From Ostreococcus lucimarinus (taxonomy: Eukaryota), in the NCBI GenBank assembly GCA_000092065.1, contig CP000584.1: DNA of 64,000 nt. One strand, 5' to 3'. The notes below the pieces were generated by a model. It had not been told where the DNA came from and did not search any database. It saw only the letters and a list, made by a program, of their open reading frames with translations. Of the stretch, positions 56,353 through 64,000 are shown piece by piece. Each line of letters opens with the position of its first letter. Positions within the stretch are counted from its first letter, which is position 1. The translations under genes were made by a program, and so were the position numbers.

Positions 56353-56981
56353 CGCGCATCATTCGTCAGTCTCGTTCTCCGTCCTCGAATCACCCGCGCG
56401 CGTCTCCGACCTCGCGTCTCCGCGCCCGTCCGCCCGAATCCTCTGAATTCGACCGTTTAAAAACCGTTTCGAAATCCCGCGTCGCCCTCGACCCGTTCGC
56501 GCGCGCGCGCGCGACGTCCCGCGCACCTCCTCCCGTCGCGCCGACGCTCGATCGACGACGTTCACGCTCGCCTCCCCGAACGCCTTCTGCAACCACCGCT
56601 CGGCGGACGCCCCCGACGCCGCGGGCGAGTGTCGCGCCGACGACCCCGGCGGGCTCATCGCGTTTGAATCTCCGATCGCCTCTCGCGCGCGTTCGCGGTC
56701 GCGTCCGACGCGCGTCGCGTCGCGCTCGCGGGTCGACGCGCGCGGTAAAAACTCGCGCGTCGTTTCGCTCGCTCGCGGCGCGCGGCGAGCGGTCGCGCGG
56801 GACGGTGTGCGGCGCGGGCGCGCGGCCGCGGCGCGCGTCTCACGGGGGTCAACGCGGGACGGGGTTTTATACCAAGGCGCGCGCGTCGTGACTGTGACTG
56901 TTTGCCCACACGACGCACGACGTCGCGACCGCGTTATCCGAATCGCGCGCGCGCGCGGTCGCACTCCGCGGCGACGAGACG

Positions 56982-57040
56982 ATGTTCGCGGTGCAGCGCG
57001 CGCCCGCGCGCGCGCTCGCGAAGAGCGCGCGCGGCGACAG
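56982..57040 (+). CDS. LPD: Plastid-type dihydrolipoamide dehydrogenase exon 1 (transit-peptide exon MFAVQRAPARALAKSARGD + 2 nt)
   Basis: ATG 56982. Donor GACAG|GTGCGCGG at 57041. The downstream exon has no in-frame ATG, since the ORF-track start there is GTG. Confidence 0.5.
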
Positions 57041-57229
57041 GTGCGCGGCGCGGCGCGGCGCAGCGCGCGACGCGCGACGCGCGAACGCGAGACGCGAGAC
57101 GCGACGATCGAACGGCGAGGTCAAAAGCGTCGCGCGACGGGACGGCGACGGCGCGGCGACGACGCGCGAGGCGAGGGGCGAAGAAAAAACGACGAGCGAG
57201 GACTGACGAAAGGCGACTCGACGACGCAG

Positions 57230-58724
57230 ACGCGCGAGAAGCGCGCGACGAAGCGCGGTGGTGCGCGCGGCGGAGAAGTCGTACGACTACGACTTGGTGA
57301 TCATCGGCGCGGGCGTCGGCGGACACGGCGCGGCGATGCACGCGGTGTCGCGAGGGATGAAGACGGCGATCATCGAGGGCGATGTGATCGGAGGGACGTG
57401 TGTGAATCGAGGGTGCGTGCCGTCGAAGGCGCTGCTCGCGGCGTCTGGACGCGTGCGGGAGATGCGCAACGCGGAGCACTTGCGCTCGCTCGGTATCCAG
57501 TTGGATCCGAGCGCGGTGAGCTTTGATCGTCAAGGCATCGCCGATCACGCCACGAATTTGGCGTCGACGATCCGGGGTAACTTGGAACGTTCGTTGATCG
57601 GGCTTGGGGTTGAAATTTTGACCGGGGCGGCGAAGATTGAGGACAACCACACAGTTTCCTACGGCGCGCCGGGCACGGTCACCGGGGGGAGAGTGACGGC
57701 GAAGAACATCATCATCGCCACCGGTTCCACGCCGTTCGTGCCGCCGGGCATCGAAGTCGACCACAAGACGGTGTTCACCTCCGATGCGGGTTTGAAGCTC
57801 GACTGGGTCCCGGAATGGGTCGCCATAATCGGTTCCGGTTACATCGGTTTGGAATTCTCCGACGTGTACACCGCGCTCGGCTCCGACGTCACCTTCATCG
57901 AAGCCATGCCTAACATCATGCCGGGTTTCGACAAGGAGATCGCTAAGATGGCGGAACGTATTTTGATTACCCCGCGTAACATCGACTACGTCACCAACGT
58001 GTTGGCGACCAAGGTCACGCCGGGTATCCCGGGCGAAAAGCCGGTGACGATTGAGCTCACCGACTTCAAGACGAAGGAAGTCGTCGACACTATGGAAGTC
58101 GACGCCGTCTTGGTTGCCACCGGTCGTTCTCCGTACACCGCTGGCTTGAACGTCGAAAGCATCGGCGTCGAGCTCCAACGCGGCTTTATCCCGGTCAACG
58201 AAAAGATGCAAGTGTTGGACAAGGATGGCAAGGTTGTCGAGGGCATGTGGTGCATCGGCGACGCCAATGGTAAGATGATGTTGGCGCACGCGGCGAGCGC
58301 CCAGGGTATTAGCGCGATCGAGAACATGCACGGTAACGAGCACGTCCTCAACCACCTCTCCGTTCCGGCCGCATGCTTCACTCACCCCGAAGTGTCCTTC
58401 GTCGGTTTGACTGAGGAGCAGGCTCGCGCCAAGGGTGAGGAGGAAGGCTTCGAAGTCGCCGTCCGCAAGACGTCGTTCAAGGCCAACTCCAAGGCGCTCG
58501 CTGAGAAGGAAGGTGAGGGTATGGCTAAGTTGATTTACAACCCGAAGACGAACGAGATCTTGGGTATGTGGATCATGGGCTTGCACGCCGCGGATTTGAT
58601 TCACGAAGCGTCCAACGCCATCTCCACAGGCGCCACTTTGGACGACTTGAAGTTCACCGTGCACGCCCACCCGACGCTTTCCGAAGTCATCGAATCTCTC
58701 TTGCGAGGCTCGGACGGGCACTAA
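57230..58724 (+). CDS. LPD: Dihydrolipoamide dehydrogenase (E3), plastid-type, exon 2
   Basis: Acceptor gacgCAG| at 57227-29. [22 protein letters not shown]...[25 protein letters not shown], where [10 protein letters not shown] is the plastid-type redox-active disulfide block (mitochondrial is CLNVGCIPSK). The interface-domain HAHPTLSE is also present. Confidence 0.85.
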
Positions 58725-58767
58725 GTATGTCGAGTTGTGAATACCAATACAAAATTCATTATTACAA

Positions 58768-59016
58768 TCAGTAGAAGTCCTTCAACTGCTCACGCAATTT
58801 ATCTATGTCGCCGTAAATGTCGACGTCCTCCGATTCGAGCGCCACGCTAATCGTGCGATTGGGCGTCAACGTCCCCGGTGCGCCCGGTTGATTTTCAGCC
58901 ATGGGCCGACCAAAGTGTATGTGCCACAACGCTCGTCCAGCGTCGCTCTCAGAGAGCCACTCGGCGATCTCCTTTACGCGGTCCTTTTGCGCTTGATTCA
59001 TAAACGGTTCGGCGTC
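58768..59016 (-). CDS. PPR-like organellar protein, exon 2 (ORF 58768..59085 minus its first 23 codons)
   Basis: Acceptor ttgttccctctCAG| on the minus strand. DAEPFMNQAQKDRVKEIAEWLSESDAGRALWHIHFGRP... A TGTAA lies 1 nt after the stop (minus, 58762-58766). Confidence 0.45.
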   Translation of the reverse strand, partial: DAEPFMNQAQKDRVKEIAEWLSESDAGRALWHIHFGRPMAENQPGAPGTLTPNRTISVALESEDVDIYGDIDKLREQLKDFY

Positions 59017-59231
59017 CTGAGAGGGAACAAAGTCAGTCACCAATGTCGATCGCGCGCGGTAAGTTCGCGAAAAATACATCAACATCGCCTAGCATCGTCT
59101 CATTCAATGGTATTCATTTCTCTTCAATGACTTTCAGATCCGAAAGATGGTGTTTTTGAAGGTGTATAATCATCGACGACGCTCGGTCGAAGGCGCGGAC
59201 AAAAAAACGTTTGCGCAAACAGACCACTCAC

Positions 59232-59846
59232 CGTAAGCTTTGCAAAAGTCTCGATCGTTTCCCCCGACGGTACCGAGCCAAACTCTTTCATGTATCCGAA
59301 CACATCACACGTCGCGTCGTACGCCTTCTCCTCCAATCGTCGCGTCGCCAACGCGACGAACCAATTACTCGTCAGCACCTCGTCGCCGCGCTCGCGTCCG
59401 CCCGCCTTGACAAACTCCACAATCTCCCTCGCCAGATCCCACTGCTCCATCCGCCCCACCCCCACGAGCACGCTCTTATATCCATCCAGCTCCATGTTTC
59501 CCTTGACCTTATTCAGCAGGACGTCCGCCTTCAATCCTCGTCGATGATTTCTCAGCAGCGCCAGCATGAGCTCGCTCAAAAACTTTTCATCCAGCGGCTT
59601 TTTCCCGACGCTGTACGTTCCTCCCTCGTCGCGCGCGTCCGCGTACTCGCGCCACCGCTCCGCCGCTGGTTCGGTCTTGGCCCACCTCGCGTAATCGTCC
59701 TCGCTCGCCGTCTCCGCGACGGCGTCGATGTCGTCGAATCCGCGTCGGCGCGCGCGCGACGCGCGCCGGCGGCGGCGCGTGGAATCGCGACGATGCGCGC
59801 GCGCGCGCGCCGGCGCGGACACCGCGCGCGAGATCGCGACGCGCAT
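59232..59846 (-). CDS. PPR-like organellar protein, exon 1
   Basis: Arg-rich presequence, then PPR-like 35-aa helical repeats (CDVFGYMKEFGSVPSGETIETFAKLT). A canonical donor ACG|GTGAGTGG follows KLT. Only 39 bp separate this ORF from ORF 58768..59085 on the same strand, and splicing joins them in frame. Confidence 0.5.
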
Positions 59847-59983
59847 GACGTCGCGCGGCGTCGCTCGCGAGCGATGCGCGCGCGTCGGCGTCGCGCGCGC
59901 GAGTGACGAATCACACCGAACGAAATCAAATCAAATCAAATCGACGACGTCGTTACAGTTGCGCAGTCGCGCCGTCGCGCTCG

Positions 59984-61906
59984 TCAGAGGAAAAAGGATT
60001 GAAGAAAACCGCGAACGTCTGGAATCGAGCGCTCGCGCGTCGTGGAGTCGTCGGAATCGAGGGAAATGTCCGTGGTCTCGCGCGCGCGAGCCCAGGCGTA
60101 GAGCTTGCGATCGAGCCAATCGGCCTCCTGGGCGTCGGCGTGGGCGCGAACGACGGCGTCGACGGCGGCGGCTTCGGCGCGGGAGTAATCGCTCACGTGA
60201 CGCATGGACGCCTCGAGCGATGCGGTGGTGGCTTCGCTCGGGACGCTGAAAAACGCCGTGACGGCGTGAACCACCGCTTTGGGGTGCTCCAAGGTGAAGA
60301 ACCAGTCGAAGTTGCGCAGGAGGAGGTCGGCGGTGGTCGAGAAAACATCCGGCAAAGACGCGGTTTCGCTCGTTAAACGCGCGGGTAGAATGGACGTCGC
60401 GTCCTTCGTACCCGCGTTTGCGAGCAGAAAACGGGCCTGTGCGTTCGATGCGAGAGGCTCGGATGCATTTCTCGCGACGACGTCGCTCATATCGCGAAGA
60501 AGAGGTTCTCGCATCACCGTGAACGACTTCAGCTCGCATCGACGAAGCTTGGCGCGTTTGCGCAGCGACGCCAGCCTTTCCTCCATACCTAACAACCCCG
60601 ATCGACCGACGTGATGAGCGATGACGTGATTTCCGGGGTTGAGAACGCGATCTGTCACGCGTTTCCAGTGCTCATCTTCGTCGAGCGCTTGTAATTGTGC
60701 GAGATCCGATCCCTCCTTCGCGTACTTTGAGCGCTCGAATCGTTGAACGTCTACGCCGAGACGCGAAAAGAAGGTAAGCAACGTTCCGCCGCCCGTGCGA
60801 GGAATGTGGTAAAAGTACAGAATCTTGCACGATCTTTGGCCACCCAGCAGTGGTGTAGCGGCGTCTTCACTGCTATTGCTGTAGTAACGCCGACGCAAAA
60901 TATTCAGCCCCTCGAGTGACGCCTTACTTGAAAGCGACGACGCAACGCCGATCTCACGAGTCGCCCGTGAGTCGCCTTGACCGTTTTGGAAAACATGATC
61001 GCCGTAATCCGCGATAAAATCGGCGTTGCTAATCAAGTCATCCCTCCACATTGCCTCGACGCGCTGCAAATGCTCGTGACGACTCTTCTTCGGCGTGCCC
61101 CCAGGTGTTGGGCCTTTCTCCTTGACGTGACGAGTCGCCTGCGTCGTGGAAGAACGCTCCTTCACCGGTCGATCCGCCTTCGACTTTCCGCGCATCATCA
61201 TTTTTCTATGTCCCACCGCGGCCGTGTCCGCCTCTTGTCTCTCCTTCAAAGCTGCGCGCGCTCGGCGCAAGGACCGCAACAACTTTTCCGTCCCGCCGAC
61301 GTCGCCGTCGTCGTCGCGACCCCCACCCAAATGCGCCACTCGCATCACGCCCGCTTCATCATCTTTGACGTACTCCATGACATCTTCCAAGAACTCCGTG
61401 CCGTTCTCGCCGCCGATATCGTAAACGCGCTGCGGCCGTCCCTCGAGCTCGCTTCTAATCGCGTTGCCGATCGCCCGAGCGCGAAAACTATCAACCAGCT
61501 CCATCGTCCCTCTCGCCTCGCTCGCGCCGACGCCGAGCGACGTGAGCGGCGAACGCGCGCTCGACGTCCGCGCCGATCGCGCCGGCGCGCCGTCGCCGCG
61601 TTCGCGCGCACCGTCGAGAACCATCGCGTAACACCCAAGCGTTAGGAGCACCAAACCACCGACCGAGCGAAACGTCGCGCTCGTCGCGCGCGCGCGCGTC
61701 GCGCGCGCGTCGTCATCGCGCGCGTCGTCGCTTCGCGCCAAGAGCGCGGTGTCGTCGCGCGGCGCGCCGCCGGCGGCGACGACCGCCATGACGCGTCGCC
61801 GAGTGACGCCAGTGCGCGCCGACCGCGGCGGCGCGTCGACGTCGAGCGGCGGCGAGCGCGCGTCGACGTCGCGAGCGCGTTGCGTTCGAGCGGTCGACGA
61901 CGCCAT
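59984..61906 (-). CDS. Type II membrane carbohydrate sulfotransferase (HS2ST/HS6ST/Gal3ST-like)
   Basis: TM anchor VGGLVLLTLGCYAMVL, then a 5'-PSB-like motif ILYFYHIPRTGGGTL and a luminal catalytic domain. Start is either the palindrome ATG (61906) or MAVVAAGG (61789). The ORF-track start at 62053 is rejected. Confidence 0.65.
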   Translation of the reverse strand: MASSTARTQRARDVDARSPPLDVDAPPRSARTGVTRRRVMAVVAAGGAPRDDTALLARSDDARDDDARATRARATSATFRSVGGLVLLTLGCYAMVLDGARERGDGAPARSARTSSARSPLTSLGVGASEARGTMELVDSFRARAIGNAIRSELEGRPQRVYDIGGENGTEFLEDVMEYVKDDEAGVMRVAHLGGGRDDDGDVGGTEKLLRSLRRARAALKERQEADTAAVGHRKMMMRGKSKADRPVKERSSTTQATRHVKEKGPTPGGTPKKSRHEHLQRVEAMWRDDLISNADFIADYGDHVFQNGQGDSRATREIGVASSLSSKASLEGLNILRRRYYSNSSEDAATPLLGGQRSCKILYFYHIPRTGGGTLLTFFSRLGVDVQRFERSKYAKEGSDLAQLQALDEDEHWKRVTDRVLNPGNHVIAHHVGRSGLLGMEERLASLRKRAKLRRCELKSFTVMREPLLRDMSDVVARNASEPLASNAQARFLLANAGTKDATSILPARLTSETASLPDVFSTTADLLLRNFDWFFTLEHPKAVVHAVTAFFSVPSEATTASLEASMRHVSDYSRAEAAAVDAVVRAHADAQEADWLDRKLYAWARARETTDISLDSDDSTTRERSIPDVRGFLQSFFL

Positions 61907-61910
61907 GGCG
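61901..61910. other. Second copy of the 10-bp palindrome CGCCATGGCG at a head-to-head gene junction (sulfotransferase on minus, PAM on plus)
   Basis: Plus ATG 61905-61907 opens the PAM ORF with a signal peptide. Minus ATG 61906-61904 is in frame with the sulfotransferase ORF. Confidence 0.6.
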
Positions 61911-64000
61911 TCGACGGCGCGCGTGCGGCGTCGCGCGAGCGTCATCTTGACGATGACGCTCGCGCTGATGACTGTCCGCGCGGACGCGAAATCGCAAATC
62001 ACGCGCACGCTGCGCATGCGAACCGCGGACGCGCGCGCGCTGACGAGAGACACGTATTTGTACGTCCCGATTCGAGTCCCCGAAGGCGCGTGGCACGTGG
62101 TGAAGTACGAGCCGAGCGCGAAGCAGGAGATCGTCCATCACATGCTCCTGTACGGGTGCCGAGACGCGGCGGCGAGCGGATTGGATAAGGTGGTCGGTGG
62201 GATGTACAGCTCTGGTTCGCACGTCGCGACGTGCGGAGATGGAACGTCGCAGGCGCTGTTGTACGGATGGGGAAAGAACGCGCCGCCGATGCACATGCCT
62301 GAAGACGTCGGATTTCGCGTCGGCGAAGGCGCGTTTCGAGTGTTGGTGCTGGAGGTGCACTATTTGGAAAAGCAGAGCGCGGGCGCGGTGGGGAAGAGCG
62401 GGCTGGACGTCATCTTGGCCAGTGGGCGGCCGAAGATGAGCGCGTCGGTGTTGGCGTGGGCGAGTTATTTCTCGTTGCAGCCGGGAAAGAAGGACGAGCT
62501 CGTAGCGGCGACGTGCGCGTACGAGCAATCGCGAGAGCTCAAGGCGTTTGGGTTCCGCGTGCACACGCACGATCGTGGGACGATCGTGCGTTTAGATAGA
62601 CTAGTGGGTGGGGATCCGGGTAAGCCCGTGCGCGTGCTCGAGCGCGATCCGCAGTTACCGCAAGAGTTTGAGTTGCTGTCAGAAAAGGGGACGTCGTTGA
62701 CGGTGTCAGCGGGCGACGCTTTGCGGGTGACGTGTAGTTTTGACACGACCAACGAGACCGCGGTCGTGAATGCGGGATTTGGGGCGTCGCACGAGATGTG
62801 TAACATGTACGTCATGGTGTACAGCGATGAGCCGCAATATCTGTCGTGCCTCGGATCGAACGACGGCTCGATGGGGAAATTCGCGCTCGAAGTCGGCGAC
62901 GCAAAGCAACCGATCGAGGACATGGATGCGGTGCGCGCGCGCGTGGTGCCGTCGCGCGTGAAATGGCCGGCACTCGGTGGGATCGGTGGAATTCAAGCAA
63001 CGAGCGATGGTGAGTACGTTTGGATGACGAACCGCGGACCAAACGTGTGGGAAGCCGGCTCCTCGTTGAGCGAGGCAAAGACCATCCAAGAGGACGCCAT
63101 AGTGCGCATGAACCTGTTCACCGGGGCGATCGATAGAGCTTTTGGCGCAAACGCGCACGTGATGCCCCACGGTATACGCATCGCTCCCGATGGGTCTATT
63201 TGGGTCACCGACACCGCGCTTCACCAAGTGTTTCAGTACTCGCCCGACTCTGGCGAGCGAGTGCGCGCTTTCGGACAAGCGGGCGTGAAACGTGGGGGCG
63301 GTGAGGGATTCTGTGCCCCAGCGGACGTTTTAGTTTTAGAAGACGGTTCATTCATCGTCGCAGACGGATATGGACTGTGTCCGAACAGAATCGCTCGCTT
63401 CGGCGCCGACGGCGCGTACGCGGGCGATTTCGACCTCGGCTCCGCCGGCAAAGTGAGCGTGGCGCACCAGCTCGCGTACTCTCAAGTTCGTAGAGAAATC
63501 GCCTTGGCCGACCGCGAAAACTCTCGAGTCATTCTGTTCGACTACGCAGGTAAGTTCAAGCAGGCGGTCGATTTGTCCGAGCATGGATTCGCGTACGGGT
63601 TAGCGTGGATGGGGAGTTCTCTCGAAGGCTTAGGTGGATACTACGCCTTGTGTTGGACCCGCGACGCGCCGAATCCCAAAACATCTCTCGTGCGCATCTT
63701 CTGGACCGGCGACAATGCGCCCGTGACGCACGTTTGGGACTTGAACGCCATGGGCGTCATTTTCAAATCGCCGCACGTACTCGCCGCGCAGAGCAGCAAG
63801 AACGGCGGTACCGCGTCTTGGGGCGCGGGATTGACTCTACACATCGGCTCCACGACGTCGACGATCGGCAAAAATTACCAGCGCCTTTGGCTCGGGTTAA
63901 ACGAGCCGCGCGCGCTCGAACCACCGTCGCGCTCGGCCTCCGCGGCGCGAGGCGTCGCGCCTCCGCGCCTCCGCGCGCCCGCCGTCCTCATCGCCCATCC
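61905..64000 (+). CDS. PAM: Peptidylglycine alpha-amidating monooxygenase-like bifunctional enzyme (PHM copper monooxygenase plus NHL-repeat PAL lyase), 5' partial that continues past the window end
   Basis: Signal peptide MASTARVRRRASVILTMTLALMTVRADA. PHM copper ligands VHHMLLYGC, FRVHTHDRG and HEMCNMY. NHL/PAL repeats HGIRIAPDGSIWVTD, DGYGLCPNRIARFGADG, RVILFDYAGKF. No stop codon before 64000, which is probably why it is missing from the ORF track. Confidence 0.8.
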   Translation, partial: MASTARVRRRASVILTMTLALMTVRADAKSQITRTLRMRTADARALTRDTYLYVPIRVPEGAWHVVKYEPSAKQEIVHHMLLYGCRDAAASGLDKVVGGMYSSGSHVATCGDGTSQALLYGWGKNAPPMHMPEDVGFRVGEGAFRVLVLEVHYLEKQSAGAVGKSGLDVILASGRPKMSASVLAWASYFSLQPGKKDELVAATCAYEQSRELKAFGFRVHTHDRGTIVRLDRLVGGDPGKPVRVLERDPQLPQEFELLSEKGTSLTVSAGDALRVTCSFDTTNETAVVNAGFGASHEMCNMYVMVYSDEPQYLSCLGSNDGSMGKFALEVGDAKQPIEDMDAVRARVVPSRVKWPALGGIGGIQATSDGEYVWMTNRGPNVWEAGSSLSEAKTIQEDAIVRMNLFTGAIDRAFGANAHVMPHGIRIAPDGSIWVTDTALHQVFQYSPDSGERVRAFGQAGVKRGGGEGFCAPADVLVLEDGSFIVADGYGLCPNRIARFGADGAYAGDFDLGSAGKVSVAHQLAYSQVRREIALADRENSRVILFDYAGKFKQAVDLSEHGFAYGLAWMGSSLEGLGGYYALCWTRDAPNPKTSLVRIFWTGDNAPVTHVWDLNAMGVIFKSPHVLAAQSSKNGGTASWGAGLTLHIGSTTSTIGKNYQRLWLGLNEPRALEPPSRSASAARGVAPPRLRAPAVLIAH

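Noticed and set aside
56934-58721. 595-aa minus ORF
   Set aside because: Antisense across the entire LPD gene, whose identity is unambiguous. Composition is Arg/Val/His-rich.
63549-63563. GGTAAGT...CAG mini-intron-like motif inside PAM
   Set aside because: At 15 nt it is too short for an intron. The in-frame read-through gives a canonical NHL repeat (RVILFDYAGKFKQAV).

Overview
This window is not prokaryotic. It is a very gene-dense, GC-rich, intron-poor eukaryotic nuclear segment carrying about 32 protein-coding genes on both strands. Intergenic spacers are mostly under 300 bp, and I recognised no rRNA, tRNA, CRISPR array or transposon. Several gene products point to the green lineage: cycloeucalenol cycloisomerase, an ARC5/DRP5B-type plastid-division dynamin, plastid-type dihydrolipoamide dehydrogenase, a ferredoxin-dependent bilin reductase and a CCA1/RVE-type clock MYB. 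Together with TGTAA (UGUAA) motifs just past many stop codons, short introns with a recurring G|GTGCG...CAG| signature, and Ala/Arg-rich N-terminal presequences, this suggests a Mamiellophyceae-like (Micromonas-like) green alga. That assignment is inference, not a database hit. Confidently recognised genes: a kinesin, a UBX protein, an MFS transporter, a PcyA/HY2-family bilin reductase, CDC20 (3 exons), CDC45 (2 exons), Beclin-1/ATG6, an ASPM-like protein with an IQ array, cycloeucalenol cycloisomerase, a UBC7-type E2 (2 exons), alanyl-tRNA synthetase with an N-terminal GST-like domain, BCAT, RuvB-like 1 (2 exons), a CCA1-like MYB, TVP23, a DRP5B/ARC5 dynamin, plastid-type LPD (2 exons), a sulfotransferase, and a PAM-like bifunctional amidating enzyme truncated by the window end. 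Six short N-terminal exons were recovered by hand from conserved N-termini that the ORF track had fused to spurious upstream sequence. One small spliced gene (27570..27990) is absent from the ORF track altogether. The most unusual features are: (1) a single 13.8-kb exon encoding an approximately 4592-aa protein with a PH domain, a Walker A/B P-loop module, two EF-hand pairs and a beta-rich C-terminal domain; (2) the GST-AlaRS fusion; (3) head-to-head gene pairs whose candidate ATGs sit on both strands of an identical 10-bp palindrome CGCCATGGCG, at two separate loci. There is no evidence here for a prokaryotic-style defence or mobile system. Because the genome is GC-rich, long antisense shadow ORFs are abundant and were rejected. 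All splice coordinates were hand-derived and should be checked with RNA-seq.
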